IMG/VR virus record: IMGVR_UViG_3300031419_000581
Strand: one strand, 5' to 3'
Source: a virus
Taxonomy: Duplodnaviria; Heunggongvirae; Uroviricota; Caudoviricetes
Length of the DNA: 64,000 nt
Shown: piece after piece, positions 1 through 8,964 of the stretch
How the letters are laid out: the number at the start of each line of letters is the position of its first letter
Position numbering within the stretch: the first letter of the stretch is position 1
Made by a program: the position numbers and the translations under genes
The notes under the pieces: model-generated
The model's database searches: none
What the model was told of the DNA's origin: nothing
The model's input: only the letters and a program-made list of their open reading frames with translations

Positions 1-1174
1 CATAATCACGGTATTGCTTATGTAGAATAGTACCCCATTGATTCCATTTTTTATTTTTCTCAAAATAAACAGATTTTTTCAAAAGTTGTTCAATTGCTTT
101 TCCGTTGTTGACAGAAAATTTCCATTCATTAAGGTAATCAATATTTTTATCCTTACGAAGAAGCAACGTGAGAATAGCCTCTTTTTGTTTATCATCAGGT
201 TCAAGGTTATATTTATCCAGTGTCCCCATATATTTTACAATGCCAGTAACTCCATTAGTAACAAATAATTCTGCGAGTAACATTTCTTTACTGGGTAAAG
301 CAGGAAGAGATTTTTCCTCTTCTGGATTATATCGATAAAAGGAATCTGTTGCGCGAGAAGTAAGAATGGAATTTATAATAATGTTTGAAATTCCATCCTG
401 TTCCCATTGAGCAATAATTTCTTCCATTTGGTGTTCTTTCGCCTGTTTAATAAATTCATTGTAAAGGTCGTCTTTTTTCATTTTTTCCATAAGTTCAGGA
501 GAAATTTCCTGTCCAAATTTACTTTCAATGCTATCCGGGCAGTACGCAAGTGGCACCCACCATTGATTGCCAATTGTGTCAAATTCTTTTGAAGGACTAA
601 AAGACATAAAATCACAGGCAGGATGGCGAGAATGAAGGCAATCAATTTTACTTAATATCTGATAGTCATCCGTGAACTTAGCCCCATATTCTATAAGCTT
701 AAACATAACAGCAAAAGCGTCATTATGTATCGCGACCATAAGCGGCCATGTTTTAACGCCACCTTTATCATTGTTGGTTCCAGAAACTTCCCATCGTATC
801 TGTTCCTGAATCATAGCGTTAACATCTATGTTATGTGTATCGTTGAGAACGAGATTGAGAAGATTAACACTATTTTCCTTAATCGCTTCTTCGTAGAGGA
901 AATGCTGAAGGCTATCAATCAGTTTTTCATTAAAGCCTAAATTGATAAATCCTGTTTTAAAAAAAGCAAACTGCTGCTTATCCATTTCAACGAGGAATGG
1001 ATTGTCTTTATGGTGCTTGTTTTCTATAACGGTATTCTGCCAACTGTTAAACATTTCAATAAAACCTGATAATGCAGAATAATCGATGGGTTTTGTTGCG
1101 TCGGTAAGGTAATCGGTAATTTTTTCCGTTCTTTCTTCATAGAAAGCATAACTGATAATATCTGTAAATTTCAT
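1..1174 (-). CDS. hypothetical protein with degenerate ankyrin-like repeats (3' end lies outside the window)
   Basis: Absent from the ORF track because it runs off the left edge. ATG at 1174-1172 follows AAGGA by 6 nt. My translation starts MKFTDIISYAFYEERTEK and stays open to position 1. It contains the ankyrin-like segment TWPLMVAIHNDAFAVMFKLIEYGAKF. The C-terminus is unseen, so tail status is unknown. Confidence 0.6.
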   Translation of the reverse strand, partial: MKFTDIISYAFYEERTEKITDYLTDATKPIDYSALSGFIEMFNSWQNTVIENKHHKDNPFLVEMDKQQFAFFKTGFINLGFNEKLIDSLQHFLYEEAIKENSVNLLNLVLNDTHNIDVNAMIQEQIRWEVSGTNNDKGGVKTWPLMVAIHNDAFAVMFKLIEYGAKFTDDYQILSKIDCLHSRHPACDFMSFSPSKEFDTIGNQWWVPLAYCPDSIESKFGQEISPELMEKMKKDDLYNEFIKQAKEHQMEEIIAQWEQDGISNIIINSILTSRATDSFYRYNPEEEKSLPALPSKEMLLAELFVTNGVTGIVKYMGTLDKYNLEPDDKQKEAILTLLLRKDKNIDYLNEWKFSVNNGKAIEQLLKKSVYFEKNKKWNQWGTILHKQYRDY

Positions 1175-1232
1175 ATTGTTTCCTTATTTATAATCTTATC
1201 ATTATATCCGTTCAGGCAATAAAGATAAAGAG

Positions 1233-2279
1233 TTAAAGCCTGTTTACAGTGTTTTTGTTTGGTAATTGAGGCATATCTTTTTGTAAATCATAATGTATTT
1301 TTACTTTCTCATAATGTGCTGAAAGTGACTTGTTTCGACGACAGGAACTCAGATAATCTTCGTCAAAAAAGCGCATATCAAAAAAAGGATTATCGACACA
1401 AAGAAAGCGTTGCATGTCCTGATTATCATTAAGCATTTTTTGGCAAAATGTAGAACAAAAACATTCAAGATTATCCTGAATTTTATAATCATCCATATTG
1501 GAAAGAGAAGTAAAAAAATGTGTATAAATCTGTTTGATTTCATCTACTGTGAATACATCAAACATAGCTTCATGGTTGTTTTCTTTAAATTTTGAATTGA
1601 AATTTATGAGCATGAAGCATTCATGGATTGAAATATTCATTGTTTCTTTAAAAAAAGCATTTCTTAAATCCGCAGGCTGTTTCAATAATGCATTCATGTC
1701 ATCATTCATACTGAACAAGGAAGATAAAATATATTTATCGTTAATTTCTTCTTTGAAATAATCTTTAAAAAAGAAAAAATTATCAGACAGGTCTTTTGAA
1801 TAAGCGTGTTTTTTATTGAATTGACATGTCATTTCCATAAGCATATTTCGGATAAATGCGTTTTCTATAATTTTAATATCCTCAGACTGACTTCCAATCG
1901 TATAAAACAGTTGAGTGAATGAAAGGGGCTGATGAAAAGCACAGAGACTTAAGTTTATTGCTGAAAGAGAAAGTTGTCCATTAGAAAAGCCTGCTGCCAG
2001 AAAATCCATATTACCTTGTATAATAGCGACCTGAAATAAATCAATTTCACGGAAATTTGGTTCATGATCAAAAATAATGGTATCAGGTGTAATGCCTAAT
2101 AAATAAATAAGAAGGTAAAAAGTTTCATTATTCAACTTTAACCCCTGAATAAGAGGATCCATTTCATTATATTTATTAATATGTGAATAATGCTTATGTA
2201 GTTCATCACCATGTTGTTGAACATAACATTTTAGTTTTTCACTATCATTATTAATTATAATTTGAGTTAATTCATTCAT
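1233..2279 (-). CDS. hypothetical protein, R-[LIM]-COOH tail family (ends ...PNKNTVNRL)
   Basis: 348-aa ORF, N/K/F-rich, no signal peptide. Has the ankyrin-like stretch EIDLFQVAIIQGNMDFLAAG. C-terminal YEKVKIHYDL...NKNTVNRL-stop. Confidence 0.75.
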   Translation of the reverse strand: MNELTQIIINNDSEKLKCYVQQHGDELHKHYSHINKYNEMDPLIQGLKLNNETFYLLIYLLGITPDTIIFDHEPNFREIDLFQVAIIQGNMDFLAAGFSNGQLSLSAINLSLCAFHQPLSFTQLFYTIGSQSEDIKIIENAFIRNMLMEMTCQFNKKHAYSKDLSDNFFFFKDYFKEEINDKYILSSLFSMNDDMNALLKQPADLRNAFFKETMNISIHECFMLINFNSKFKENNHEAMFDVFTVDEIKQIYTHFFTSLSNMDDYKIQDNLECFCSTFCQKMLNDNQDMQRFLCVDNPFFDMRFFDEDYLSSCRRNKSLSAHYEKVKIHYDLQKDMPQLPNKNTVNRL

Positions 2280-2347
2280 TTAAAAGATTTCCATTTAAAA
2301 GTCATAATCAATTATAAAATATTAATGCGTTTTGAGCCAGAAATATT

Positions 2348-2376
2348 TTGACAAATTAAGTGATTAAAGGTATACA
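2348..2376 (+). promoter_or_regulatory. sigma70-type promoter for 2409..3089
   Basis: TTGACA (2348-2353), 17-nt spacer, TATACA (2371-2376), about 30 nt upstream of the SD and ATG. Confidence 0.6.
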
Positions 2377-2408
2377 TTGCATGATTTTATCTCAATAAGG
2401 AATTTATT

Positions 2409-3089
2409 ATGAAAAAAACCATGTTTGCAGTAAGTGCTATTGCATTAAGCCTTATGTCAGCTTCCGTTTTTGCAGGACCTGCTGAGAAGTCAGAAGCTGC
2501 GCAGGAAAAATTTGTAAGTTATAGTTTTTACGGTGTGGCTGTTCCAGCAGATAATGCAAAGAATATTAAATACACCGATTTACAGAAAATTAAAGACCAG
2601 AAAGCTATGGCGGCTTATCTGAAAGATATTACCAAAAGTGAAAACGCAAAGCTGATTACTTCTGGTGGAGGCATGGATCTTTCGGGAAAAGATTTGGCTC
2701 TTAGTGTAAACAAAGAAATTCCGTATACCAAAAGTGTAACAATGAAAACTGATGCTGCAGATAAAACTTTAACGCAAACTGTGACTATGAAGCAGGATGT
2801 GTTTAATGAAGGCGTTAATCTATTAATGAATTCAAAAGAAGATAATGGTTTTATTCGCACAAAAATGAATCTTAATACAAATACACTGTTATTGATAACA
2901 AAAGGTGATGTAAAAGAGGGAACGCCGGATTCACTGGATACGCATTCAGTTAAAATAGATACATCATTTATCGTAAAACCTAATCAGGTAGTTAAGTTTG
3001 ATAGCCCTGTTTACGAGCGTGAAGGTAAAGAATATAAAGATATTTATTTCATTCAACAGAGCCTGGGAACAACTGCGGTTAAAGGTTAA
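2409..3089 (+). CDS. secreted protein of unknown function, tandem paralog A
   Basis: SD AAGGA. Signal peptide MKKTMFAVSAIALSLMSASVFA/GP. Colinear similarity to 3221..3862 (IPYTKSV vs IPYKEKV; VFNEGVNL vs VFKEGVKI; GFIRTKMN vs GLIKTKID; VVKFDSPV vs VIKFNSFV; KDIYFIQQS vs QNIYFIQEK). Confidence 0.8.
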   Translation: MKKTMFAVSAIALSLMSASVFAGPAEKSEAAQEKFVSYSFYGVAVPADNAKNIKYTDLQKIKDQKAMAAYLKDITKSENAKLITSGGGMDLSGKDLALSVNKEIPYTKSVTMKTDAADKTLTQTVTMKQDVFNEGVNLLMNSKEDNGFIRTKMNLNTNTLLLITKGDVKEGTPDSLDTHSVKIDTSFIVKPNQVVKFDSPVYEREGKEYKDIYFIQQSLGTTAVKG

Positions 3090-3111
3090 AAATAAGAGAT
3101 TAATGACAGAG

Positions 3112-3133
3112 ACCTGCTTCGGAAGGTTTTTTT
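3112..3133 (+). terminator. rho-independent terminator
   Basis: ACCTGC-ttcg-GAAGGT stem-loop (one mismatch) followed by a T7 run. Confidence 0.65.
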
Positions 3134-3158
3134 ATTTATTAATCTATATAACAAATCC

Positions 3159-3189
3159 TTTGACATGAAAATTGGCATGATGTTAATAT
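3159..3189 (+). promoter_or_regulatory. sigma70-type promoter (extended -10) for 3221..3862
   Basis: TTGACA at 3159-3164. TGtTAATAT at 3181-3189. The -35 to -10 spacing is 19 nt, so the extended -10 is the stronger element. Confidence 0.5.
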
Positions 3190-3220
3190 TCATGTCATTT
3201 TATCAGAAAAGGAATATCTC

Positions 3221-3862
3221 ATGAAAAAATTGATTATTGCATTATCTGTTATTTTTTCTGGCTTTGTTTCATTTTCAGCGTTGTCTGCTGATCTGTCTGA
3301 TAAAAGTGAAAAAGTTATTTATTATAATGTGATTGGAATTGAAGTACCCGTTGATAAAGCATCCAATATTAATAATACAGATTTAAAGAATATTCAGAAT
3401 GATGAAGAGCTATTTCATTATATGGAAGATTTATTGGATAAAAATACGGGAAATGTCATTCTTTTTTCTCAAGGTAAGATAATTAACAACAAACCTGTTG
3501 TCATTGAAAATTCGAATGATATTCCATATAAAGAGAAGGTTTCTATAACAAGTTTTGAAGACGGTTCACGCTTAACTGAAAACCAGGTGAATGTATTTAA
3601 AGAAGGTGTAAAAATTGTTTTAACTGCACAGGAAGAGAAAGGATTAATTAAGACAAAAATTGATTTCACTGATTCTCATGTGTTATCAACAAAAAGAAGT
3701 GAATATAGTAATACTGAGCCTGATTATATGAATATAAAATCAATTAATATGCGTCAAAATTTTATAACACAATCGGGTCAGGTTATAAAATTTAATTCTT
3801 TTGTTGTTTCGAAAGCGGGTAAGGATTATCAGAATATTTATTTTATTCAGGAAAAATTATAA
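3221..3862 (+). CDS. secreted protein of unknown function, tandem paralog B
   Basis: SD AAGGA. Signal peptide MKKLIIALSVIFSGFVSFSALSA/DL. Paralogous to 2409..3089 over its full length. Confidence 0.8.
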   Translation: MKKLIIALSVIFSGFVSFSALSADLSDKSEKVIYYNVIGIEVPVDKASNINNTDLKNIQNDEELFHYMEDLLDKNTGNVILFSQGKIINNKPVVIENSNDIPYKEKVSITSFEDGSRLTENQVNVFKEGVKIVLTAQEEKGLIKTKIDFTDSHVLSTKRSEYSNTEPDYMNIKSINMRQNFITQSGQVIKFNSFVVSKAGKDYQNIYFIQEKL

Positions 3863-3899
3863 ATCAGATTAATATCAGAAAAATACGTTGTATTAAAAG

Positions 3900-3920
3900 A
3901 CCTGCTCCGGCAGGTTTTTT
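3900..3920 (+). terminator. rho-independent terminator
   Basis: Perfect ACCTGC-tccg-GCAGGT stem followed by a T6 run. Near-copy of the terminator at 3112. Confidence 0.8.
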
Positions 3921-4002
3921 GCTTTTAGAGTTTACTTTTGCTGAGTATCCTATATATAAGGAGGTATTCCTGTCAAAATAATAAAATAAAATGGATTCCT
4001 GA

Positions 4003-6918
4003 ATGCCTTATATAAAAAATTCTCGTGGAGTCAAAGAAAAATATACTCCCGTAAAAATATCTAAAACCCTGTCTGAACTTTATTTCTATATGTATGGTAA
4101 AAAAGCCATTCAATACAGAGGTAAAGTTATAGAAATGACTAAGCGAATTTATGATCGTCTTGCTGATAGATTTGGTAATGATGAAACCAGTGAATGGCCT
4201 TTAGCTGAAATAAGAAATTACACAGAAAGAGAAGTCAGACAAAATACAAATGAAACAATCCACAAAACCTTTTTGTTATTAAATCCGCCTATTATTGATA
4301 GAAAGAATAAAGAAGAAGATGAAGATCTTTTAGGATATAGCTCCAGAAATATACTTGGAAACTTTGAAATTGATCCGGTATGGAATGTTATAACAGAACA
4401 GGAATTTGTTGAGCCTATTTTTGAAAATAATGAAACTCTTCTTGATTTAGGTACAACGATACGTATTAAAAAGCCCAGAACAGCAAAACCTGAAAAGAAA
4501 AAGAAAGAGGGTATTCGTCGCATTCATATTGCGAAGAGGCGTTCTGACTGGATCCAGTTCTGGAAAAAACTTTCTGTATTAACTGATCAAGTTTTCAATA
4601 TAAGCGTTCTGGAAAAAATTGTATCCAGAGAAGATAAACCTTATACCTTCGATTCAGAAGGTTGGTGGATATTTTGGGAAAATGCTATTTTTGAAGCCAT
4701 AAAAGAAGATCCTCGTTTATTCGTTTTATTAAGACTTGCGCAGCAAAGAAAGGCAAGAGCTTGTCTGGTGGGTCAGGATTGGTTGGATGGCTCAGGATTA
4801 AATCAAAAAGAAGGCGACATCCCCACAACGTTATATCTCATGGATCACAGTGAGCAAAACGATCTATATAGACTTTTGTGGAAGGAAAATATGAAACGTC
4901 TGGCAGAAGAAGGTCAGATAGATTCTATTCTGCTTAAAATATTTAATCTTGATAAATTATCCGTATTTATCGATCCCGGAAGAGATAAGCTTATTGACTG
5001 GCGCGGTTATCAGTATCTTAGATTAGGTGGCTGTCTCTGGGATATTCCGTCAAATCATAACTGGAATGTTATTACTTACCCTGGTATCAAAACACAGAAA
5101 GGCTCAAAAGAACCTCCTCAATGGGCATTTATGCGCCTTGCAATGGCATTGTGTGTTAATGAAGCAAACCCCTGGGGTTTTGTATTAGATTTTTATAATC
5201 AATTTTCACAACTTACGATTATTCCTTCTGAAAGTATGCTAAGGCAAGCGGGACGTAAACATGCAAATTTTCTTGAAGATAAATCAACAAAGGTTGAAGA
5301 TAAATTTGAGTCTATTTATGAAGCGATTCACCAGTCAGCAGTCGGAACAAAATGGACGGGAACGGTAAGTATGGACTGGTCAAAAGTCCGTTCAGTGGGG
5401 TCTCCTGTTAAAAATGGTGTGCGTAAATCCAGAGGAATATTACAGTTTGCCAAAACAATTAATGAATCATTGCTGGCGCAAAACAGAACCACTGATGACA
5501 GACCTGTAACAATGGCGCTTCCTCTGTGGCATTTGGAGGTATTAAAACTTATCAGAAATAAAGAAGAACAAATTCCAAATCTGCAATCTGTAATTTATGT
5601 AAGCGATTTATTTATGAAAAGACTGATGAATAACGAGTCATGGACATTATTCGATCCTGTATTTTTCCCTGAATTACAACAAAGCAGCAGTGAAGGTTAT
5701 TTGTTAGCAGAAAGTCTGGCTGATGAGCGAATGAAAATTTATAGTGGATGCGTTAAAAAAATAAGTTCACAAAAATTATGGGGAAGAATATTAAATAATT
5801 TACGTAAAGGCGAGCATTCTCTTGTTTTTGAAGATTCAAATAAAGCCTATGAGTTTTTCCCTAAAATAGCCCCAGGAATAACTGGTTTAGACGGTGTAGG
5901 TCTGTTTCCTTTGCCTGCTTCGAAAGATAATGAACTTTCATGGATAAAATGGCCGTCTATGGCGGTTAACTTATTAAAATGTATTGATGAAAAAGGCATG
6001 CCTCAATTAGATAAGTTAAATGAGATAGTCAGTTTTTCCCTAAGAATGCTGGATAATGCCATAACATTATCACTGAGTGATCAGGATAAGATAACCCATG
6101 ATTTTCGTTCTATTTGTCTGGGTAATATCGGATTTTATGAAGCTATAGATAAAATTATAGAGAATCAGGATGACGATAGAACATCGGTATTAAATCAATG
6201 GATTTCAGGTTTAACAGAAGCATGGTCTATGGCTATTTTAATAGCCGATCAGGAACTGGTAAAAGAAAGAGGTGCGGCAAAAGCATGTGAATTATATAAA
6301 TCAGATTTATCTTTATTTGACCCCATTAAAAATATGGAAAAACTGAAAGAAATGCGTGGTGGAGCATTAAAGATAAATATAAAACAGAATCCGGTCTGGA
6401 ATAGTTTAAATAAACAGGCTGAAATATCAGGATATCGTTTTATTAATAAAAGCTGCTGGGCTCCTTTTAAAAATATGGCAGGAATAGCGGGTGTTTCACC
6501 TGGTGGAATAGGTTCATTGCAGCCTGTTGAAAATATAGAAGATGAAAAAGGTATTTCTCGATGGATTCCTACTCCTTTATTATTAAATAAATGTTTTAGC
6601 TATCCTGACAAAATAAAAGAATATAATAAATCAATGAAACAACCGGGTGTGCCAAGGGTATGGGAGAGCAGTATAAACGATGTGGCGTATCCAAATGAAG
6701 AAAACTGGAAAATGCTAATGGAACAAGCTGCTTTAATACGTCCGTGGAACGATCAGGGTGTATCGGTAACATTACCTATTGGTTTACCTGTAAACAGATT
6801 GAATATATTAATACAGGAAGCCTGGTGGTATGGATTAAATGTAATAAGGTTTGAGAAAGCATTAAAACGAATTGAAAATAAAAATAATGATGAAGAAAAT
6901 GAAATTGAGGAAATATAA
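4003..6918 (+). CDS. ribonucleotide reductase large-subunit (NrdA/NrdJ-fold) homolog, apparently catalytically degenerate
   Basis: 971 aa. The block FMRLAMAL...IYEAIHQSAVGTKWTGTVSMDWSKVRSVGSPVKNG...LWHLEVLKLIRNK...YVSDLFMKRLMNNESWTLFDP is colinear with the RNR alpha core as I recall it (FMRVAM...IYEAIKDNALLSKYAGGLG.DW..VRA.GS.IKGTNG...WH.DI.EFL.LRKN...WIPDLFMKRV..DG.WTLF.P). The conserved SSC(F/Y)L cysteine is ANFLE here. GG(L/I)G is TGTVS. QGG.RKGA is DDRPVT. NLC.E is SICLG. The C-terminal YY and CxxC tail are absent. Confidence 0.6.
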   Translation: MPYIKNSRGVKEKYTPVKISKTLSELYFYMYGKKAIQYRGKVIEMTKRIYDRLADRFGNDETSEWPLAEIRNYTEREVRQNTNETIHKTFLLLNPPIIDRKNKEEDEDLLGYSSRNILGNFEIDPVWNVITEQEFVEPIFENNETLLDLGTTIRIKKPRTAKPEKKKKEGIRRIHIAKRRSDWIQFWKKLSVLTDQVFNISVLEKIVSREDKPYTFDSEGWWIFWENAIFEAIKEDPRLFVLLRLAQQRKARACLVGQDWLDGSGLNQKEGDIPTTLYLMDHSEQNDLYRLLWKENMKRLAEEGQIDSILLKIFNLDKLSVFIDPGRDKLIDWRGYQYLRLGGCLWDIPSNHNWNVITYPGIKTQKGSKEPPQWAFMRLAMALCVNEANPWGFVLDFYNQFSQLTIIPSESMLRQAGRKHANFLEDKSTKVEDKFESIYEAIHQSAVGTKWTGTVSMDWSKVRSVGSPVKNGVRKSRGILQFAKTINESLLAQNRTTDDRPVTMALPLWHLEVLKLIRNKEEQIPNLQSVIYVSDLFMKRLMNNESWTLFDPVFFPELQQSSSEGYLLAESLADERMKIYSGCVKKISSQKLWGRILNNLRKGEHSLVFEDSNKAYEFFPKIAPGITGLDGVGLFPLPASKDNELSWIKWPSMAVNLLKCIDEKGMPQLDKLNEIVSFSLRMLDNAITLSLSDQDKITHDFRSICLGNIGFYEAIDKIIENQDDDRTSVLNQWISGLTEAWSMAILIADQELVKERGAAKACELYKSDLSLFDPIKNMEKLKEMRGGALKINIKQNPVWNSLNKQAEISGYRFINKSCWAPFKNMAGIAGVSPGGIGSLQPVENIEDEKGISRWIPTPLLLNKCFSYPDKIKEYNKSMKQPGVPRVWESSINDVAYPNEENWKMLMEQAALIRPWNDQGVSVTLPIGLPVNRLNILIQEAWWYGLNVIRFEKALKRIENKNNDEENEIEEI

Positions 6919-7028
6919 AATAAGCCTGGCTTAATTGACTCAAAAGCAAAATCGTTTATTCTTTTATAGAGTCTAAATTTTCATAATAATAAATTAAATA
7001 TAAATTAAATAAAAAAGGTAGGGTTTTT

Positions 7029-8363
7029 GTGCAGATAAAATTTGGTTATGATTCGGCTACGCTGAAAAGTGGTCAGCCCAAAGAAATAATATGGGATTCT
7101 CAAAGATTAATAAATGGTCACGTATTAATTATGGGTAAAAGTGGTACGGGTAAAACATTTACCCTGAAAAAGATGTTAAATCAATTATCGAGCCAGACAA
7201 ATGGAAATTTTCGTTGTCATATAATGGATGTTCATGGGGATATTGATATAGAAGGTTCTTCCACTGTAAAGTTCTCAGAATCAACGGATTATGGATTTAA
7301 TCCTTTAAAAATAAACCCAGATCCTGATTTTGGTGGAGTAAGAAAACGTATTCAATCATTTATTTCAGCCTTGGGTAGAACCGGTTTTAAGTTGGGTCCA
7401 AAACAGGAAGCAGCACTACGAAATGTATTGAATGATTTATATTCTGCCAATGGTTTTTATGACGGTGATCCTAAATCATGGAAATTAAATGATGGAGTAA
7501 AAAGAGCTTACGATAAAAAAAATCCGACAATGGAAGATGCTGTGCGTTATGCTAATTCGAAGTTAAAATCCATGATGCTTGGAACCTCTTCTGCAGCAAT
7601 TACAGCACTGGAAAAATTAAACCGTAAGCAGGCTCAGTTTTATAAAAAAATGAAGCAGGTAAATAAATCATCTCATGATCCTGTTGAAGTCGAAATATTA
7701 AAAAAAGAAGTAGAGAAACTATCGAATGAAGCTCAGACATTATTTGAAGAGCATTTAAAAAATATTCAAACAGGATTTGAATTTACTGACTTGATGAAGT
7801 ATGATTCTAAAGAGGTTATGAAATCTGTTGTGGACAGGCTGGAAAACCTGAATAATATCGGTATATTCAAGCCTAAAAATCCACCGTTTGATCCGAAGAA
7901 TCCGATATGGCGTTATGATATAAAATCATTATCAACGGATGAAAAAAGGCTTTTTGTTTCTTTTATTCTGGAAGCAATTTTTCACAAAGCGGTTCAGCGT
8001 GGTGTTCAAAGTGATGTTGTTGAAGTTGTTATTCTGGACGAAGCGCACTTATTCCTGACAGCAGATGACGATAACCCAATTAATATTATTGCGAAAGAAG
8101 CAAGAAAATTTGGTCTTGGATTATTTGCAGCAAGTCAGTCACCTACTCACTTCTCGGATGACTTTTTGTCAAACGTAAGTACGAAGATCATTTTAGGTAT
8201 TGACCAGATGTACTGGGATAATTCAGTCAGGAAACTTAAAATGGATCAGGCTGCTCTTGAATGGCTGGTGCCACATAAAAGTCTGTTAATACAATTAAAT
8301 AACAAGGGTGAAACGAGAAATCGTTTTATATGGGCAGTCAATGATGTCTATGGCAGAAAATGA
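7029..8363 (+). CDS. P-loop ATPase, HerA/FtsK-like (DUF87-type)
   Basis: GTG start after AAGGTAG. Walker A HVLIMGKSGTGKTF, Walker B VVILDEAHLF, then EARKFGLGLFAASQSP. This is the usual layout of HerA/VirB4/FtsK-superfamily NTPases. No TM segments. Confidence 0.6.
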   Translation: MQIKFGYDSATLKSGQPKEIIWDSQRLINGHVLIMGKSGTGKTFTLKKMLNQLSSQTNGNFRCHIMDVHGDIDIEGSSTVKFSESTDYGFNPLKINPDPDFGGVRKRIQSFISALGRTGFKLGPKQEAALRNVLNDLYSANGFYDGDPKSWKLNDGVKRAYDKKNPTMEDAVRYANSKLKSMMLGTSSAAITALEKLNRKQAQFYKKMKQVNKSSHDPVEVEILKKEVEKLSNEAQTLFEEHLKNIQTGFEFTDLMKYDSKEVMKSVVDRLENLNNIGIFKPKNPPFDPKNPIWRYDIKSLSTDEKRLFVSFILEAIFHKAVQRGVQSDVVEVVILDEAHLFLTADDDNPINIIAKEARKFGLGLFAASQSPTHFSDDFLSNVSTKIILGIDQMYWDNSVRKLKMDQAALEWLVPHKSLLIQLNNKGETRNRFIWAVNDVYGRK

Positions 8364-8547
8364 GTTAACAGTGAAAACGGAGGAAACAGAAAAGAATGGA
8401 CTCTCCTGTATTCCTTCACCTTGTTTAGTGCCATCTAAACGCTTATTAATGCAATTGCATAGTAAAGGTGAAAAAAGAAATAAAAGAAATGGTTTCACGT
8501 GGGTCAAAAATCGTAATGATATTTATAATATGGAGGAAATTATATGA
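8341..8547 (+). CDS. small ORF carrying a diverged copy of the upstream ATPase C-terminus
   Basis: Its frame is offset by one nucleotide from 7029..8363. Encodes ...LVPSKRLLMQLHSKGEKRNKRNGFTWVKNRNDIY, which resembles the ATPase end LVPHKSLLIQLNNKGETRNRFIWAVNDVY. Its stop overlaps the next ATG (ATGA at 8544) just after GGAGGA. The start is uncertain: ATGs at 8341, 8344 and 8350, GTG at 8308. Confidence 0.35.
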   Translation: MMSMAENELTVKTEETEKNGLSCIPSPCLVPSKRLLMQLHSKGEKRNKRNGFTWVKNRNDIYNMEEII

Positions 8548-8951
8548 CCGAACAAAAAAAATCAGTAAAAAGCAGTGGTCAAAATGGAATTTTAGTAGAT
8601 ATCATCGTTCACCCTATGGTAATGCGCTGGCTTTCTCAGACGGCGCATCAGGATACAGATGGGTTTTGCAGACTGGTGGAATCCAATAATAGTCGTTTTC
8701 GTAAAATGTTTGGTGTTCCGACCTGGCATGCTGACGGGAAAGACGGCTGGACGGAAGGCTGGGCAATCAGTGAAAGTGGATTAAACTGGATGGTCTTAAG
8801 TAGTCCAAAGACTTCGACGAGTCCTGGTATAACAAAATTTAAGATAGTATTATCTATTTCTGAAGAAGAATTTAAAAATAATGCAAAAATGGCGTTAGGT
8901 ATAACAGAATATTTGCAGTATTTAATGCAAACTTTAATGGGTGAAGAATAA
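8544..8951 (+). CDS. hypothetical protein
   Basis: 135-aa ORF, GGAGGA SD, ATGA overlap with the preceding ORF. W-rich (WHADGKDGWTEGWAISESGLNW). No family recognised. Confidence 0.6.
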   Translation: MTEQKKSVKSSGQNGILVDIIVHPMVMRWLSQTAHQDTDGFCRLVESNNSRFRKMFGVPTWHADGKDGWTEGWAISESGLNWMVLSSPKTSTSPGITKFKIVLSISEEEFKNNAKMALGITEYLQYLMQTLMGEE

Positions 8952-8964
8952 CGGAGGAAGAGTT

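Noticed and set aside
7029-8363. The HerA/FtsK-like ATPase as the coupling protein (VirD4/TraG-like) of a type IV secretion system that would read the C-terminal tags.
   Set aside because: It has no N-terminal TM anchor and there are no other T4SS components nearby. It sits in an operon with the RNR-like and IscA-like genes. The link to the tagged family is unsupported.
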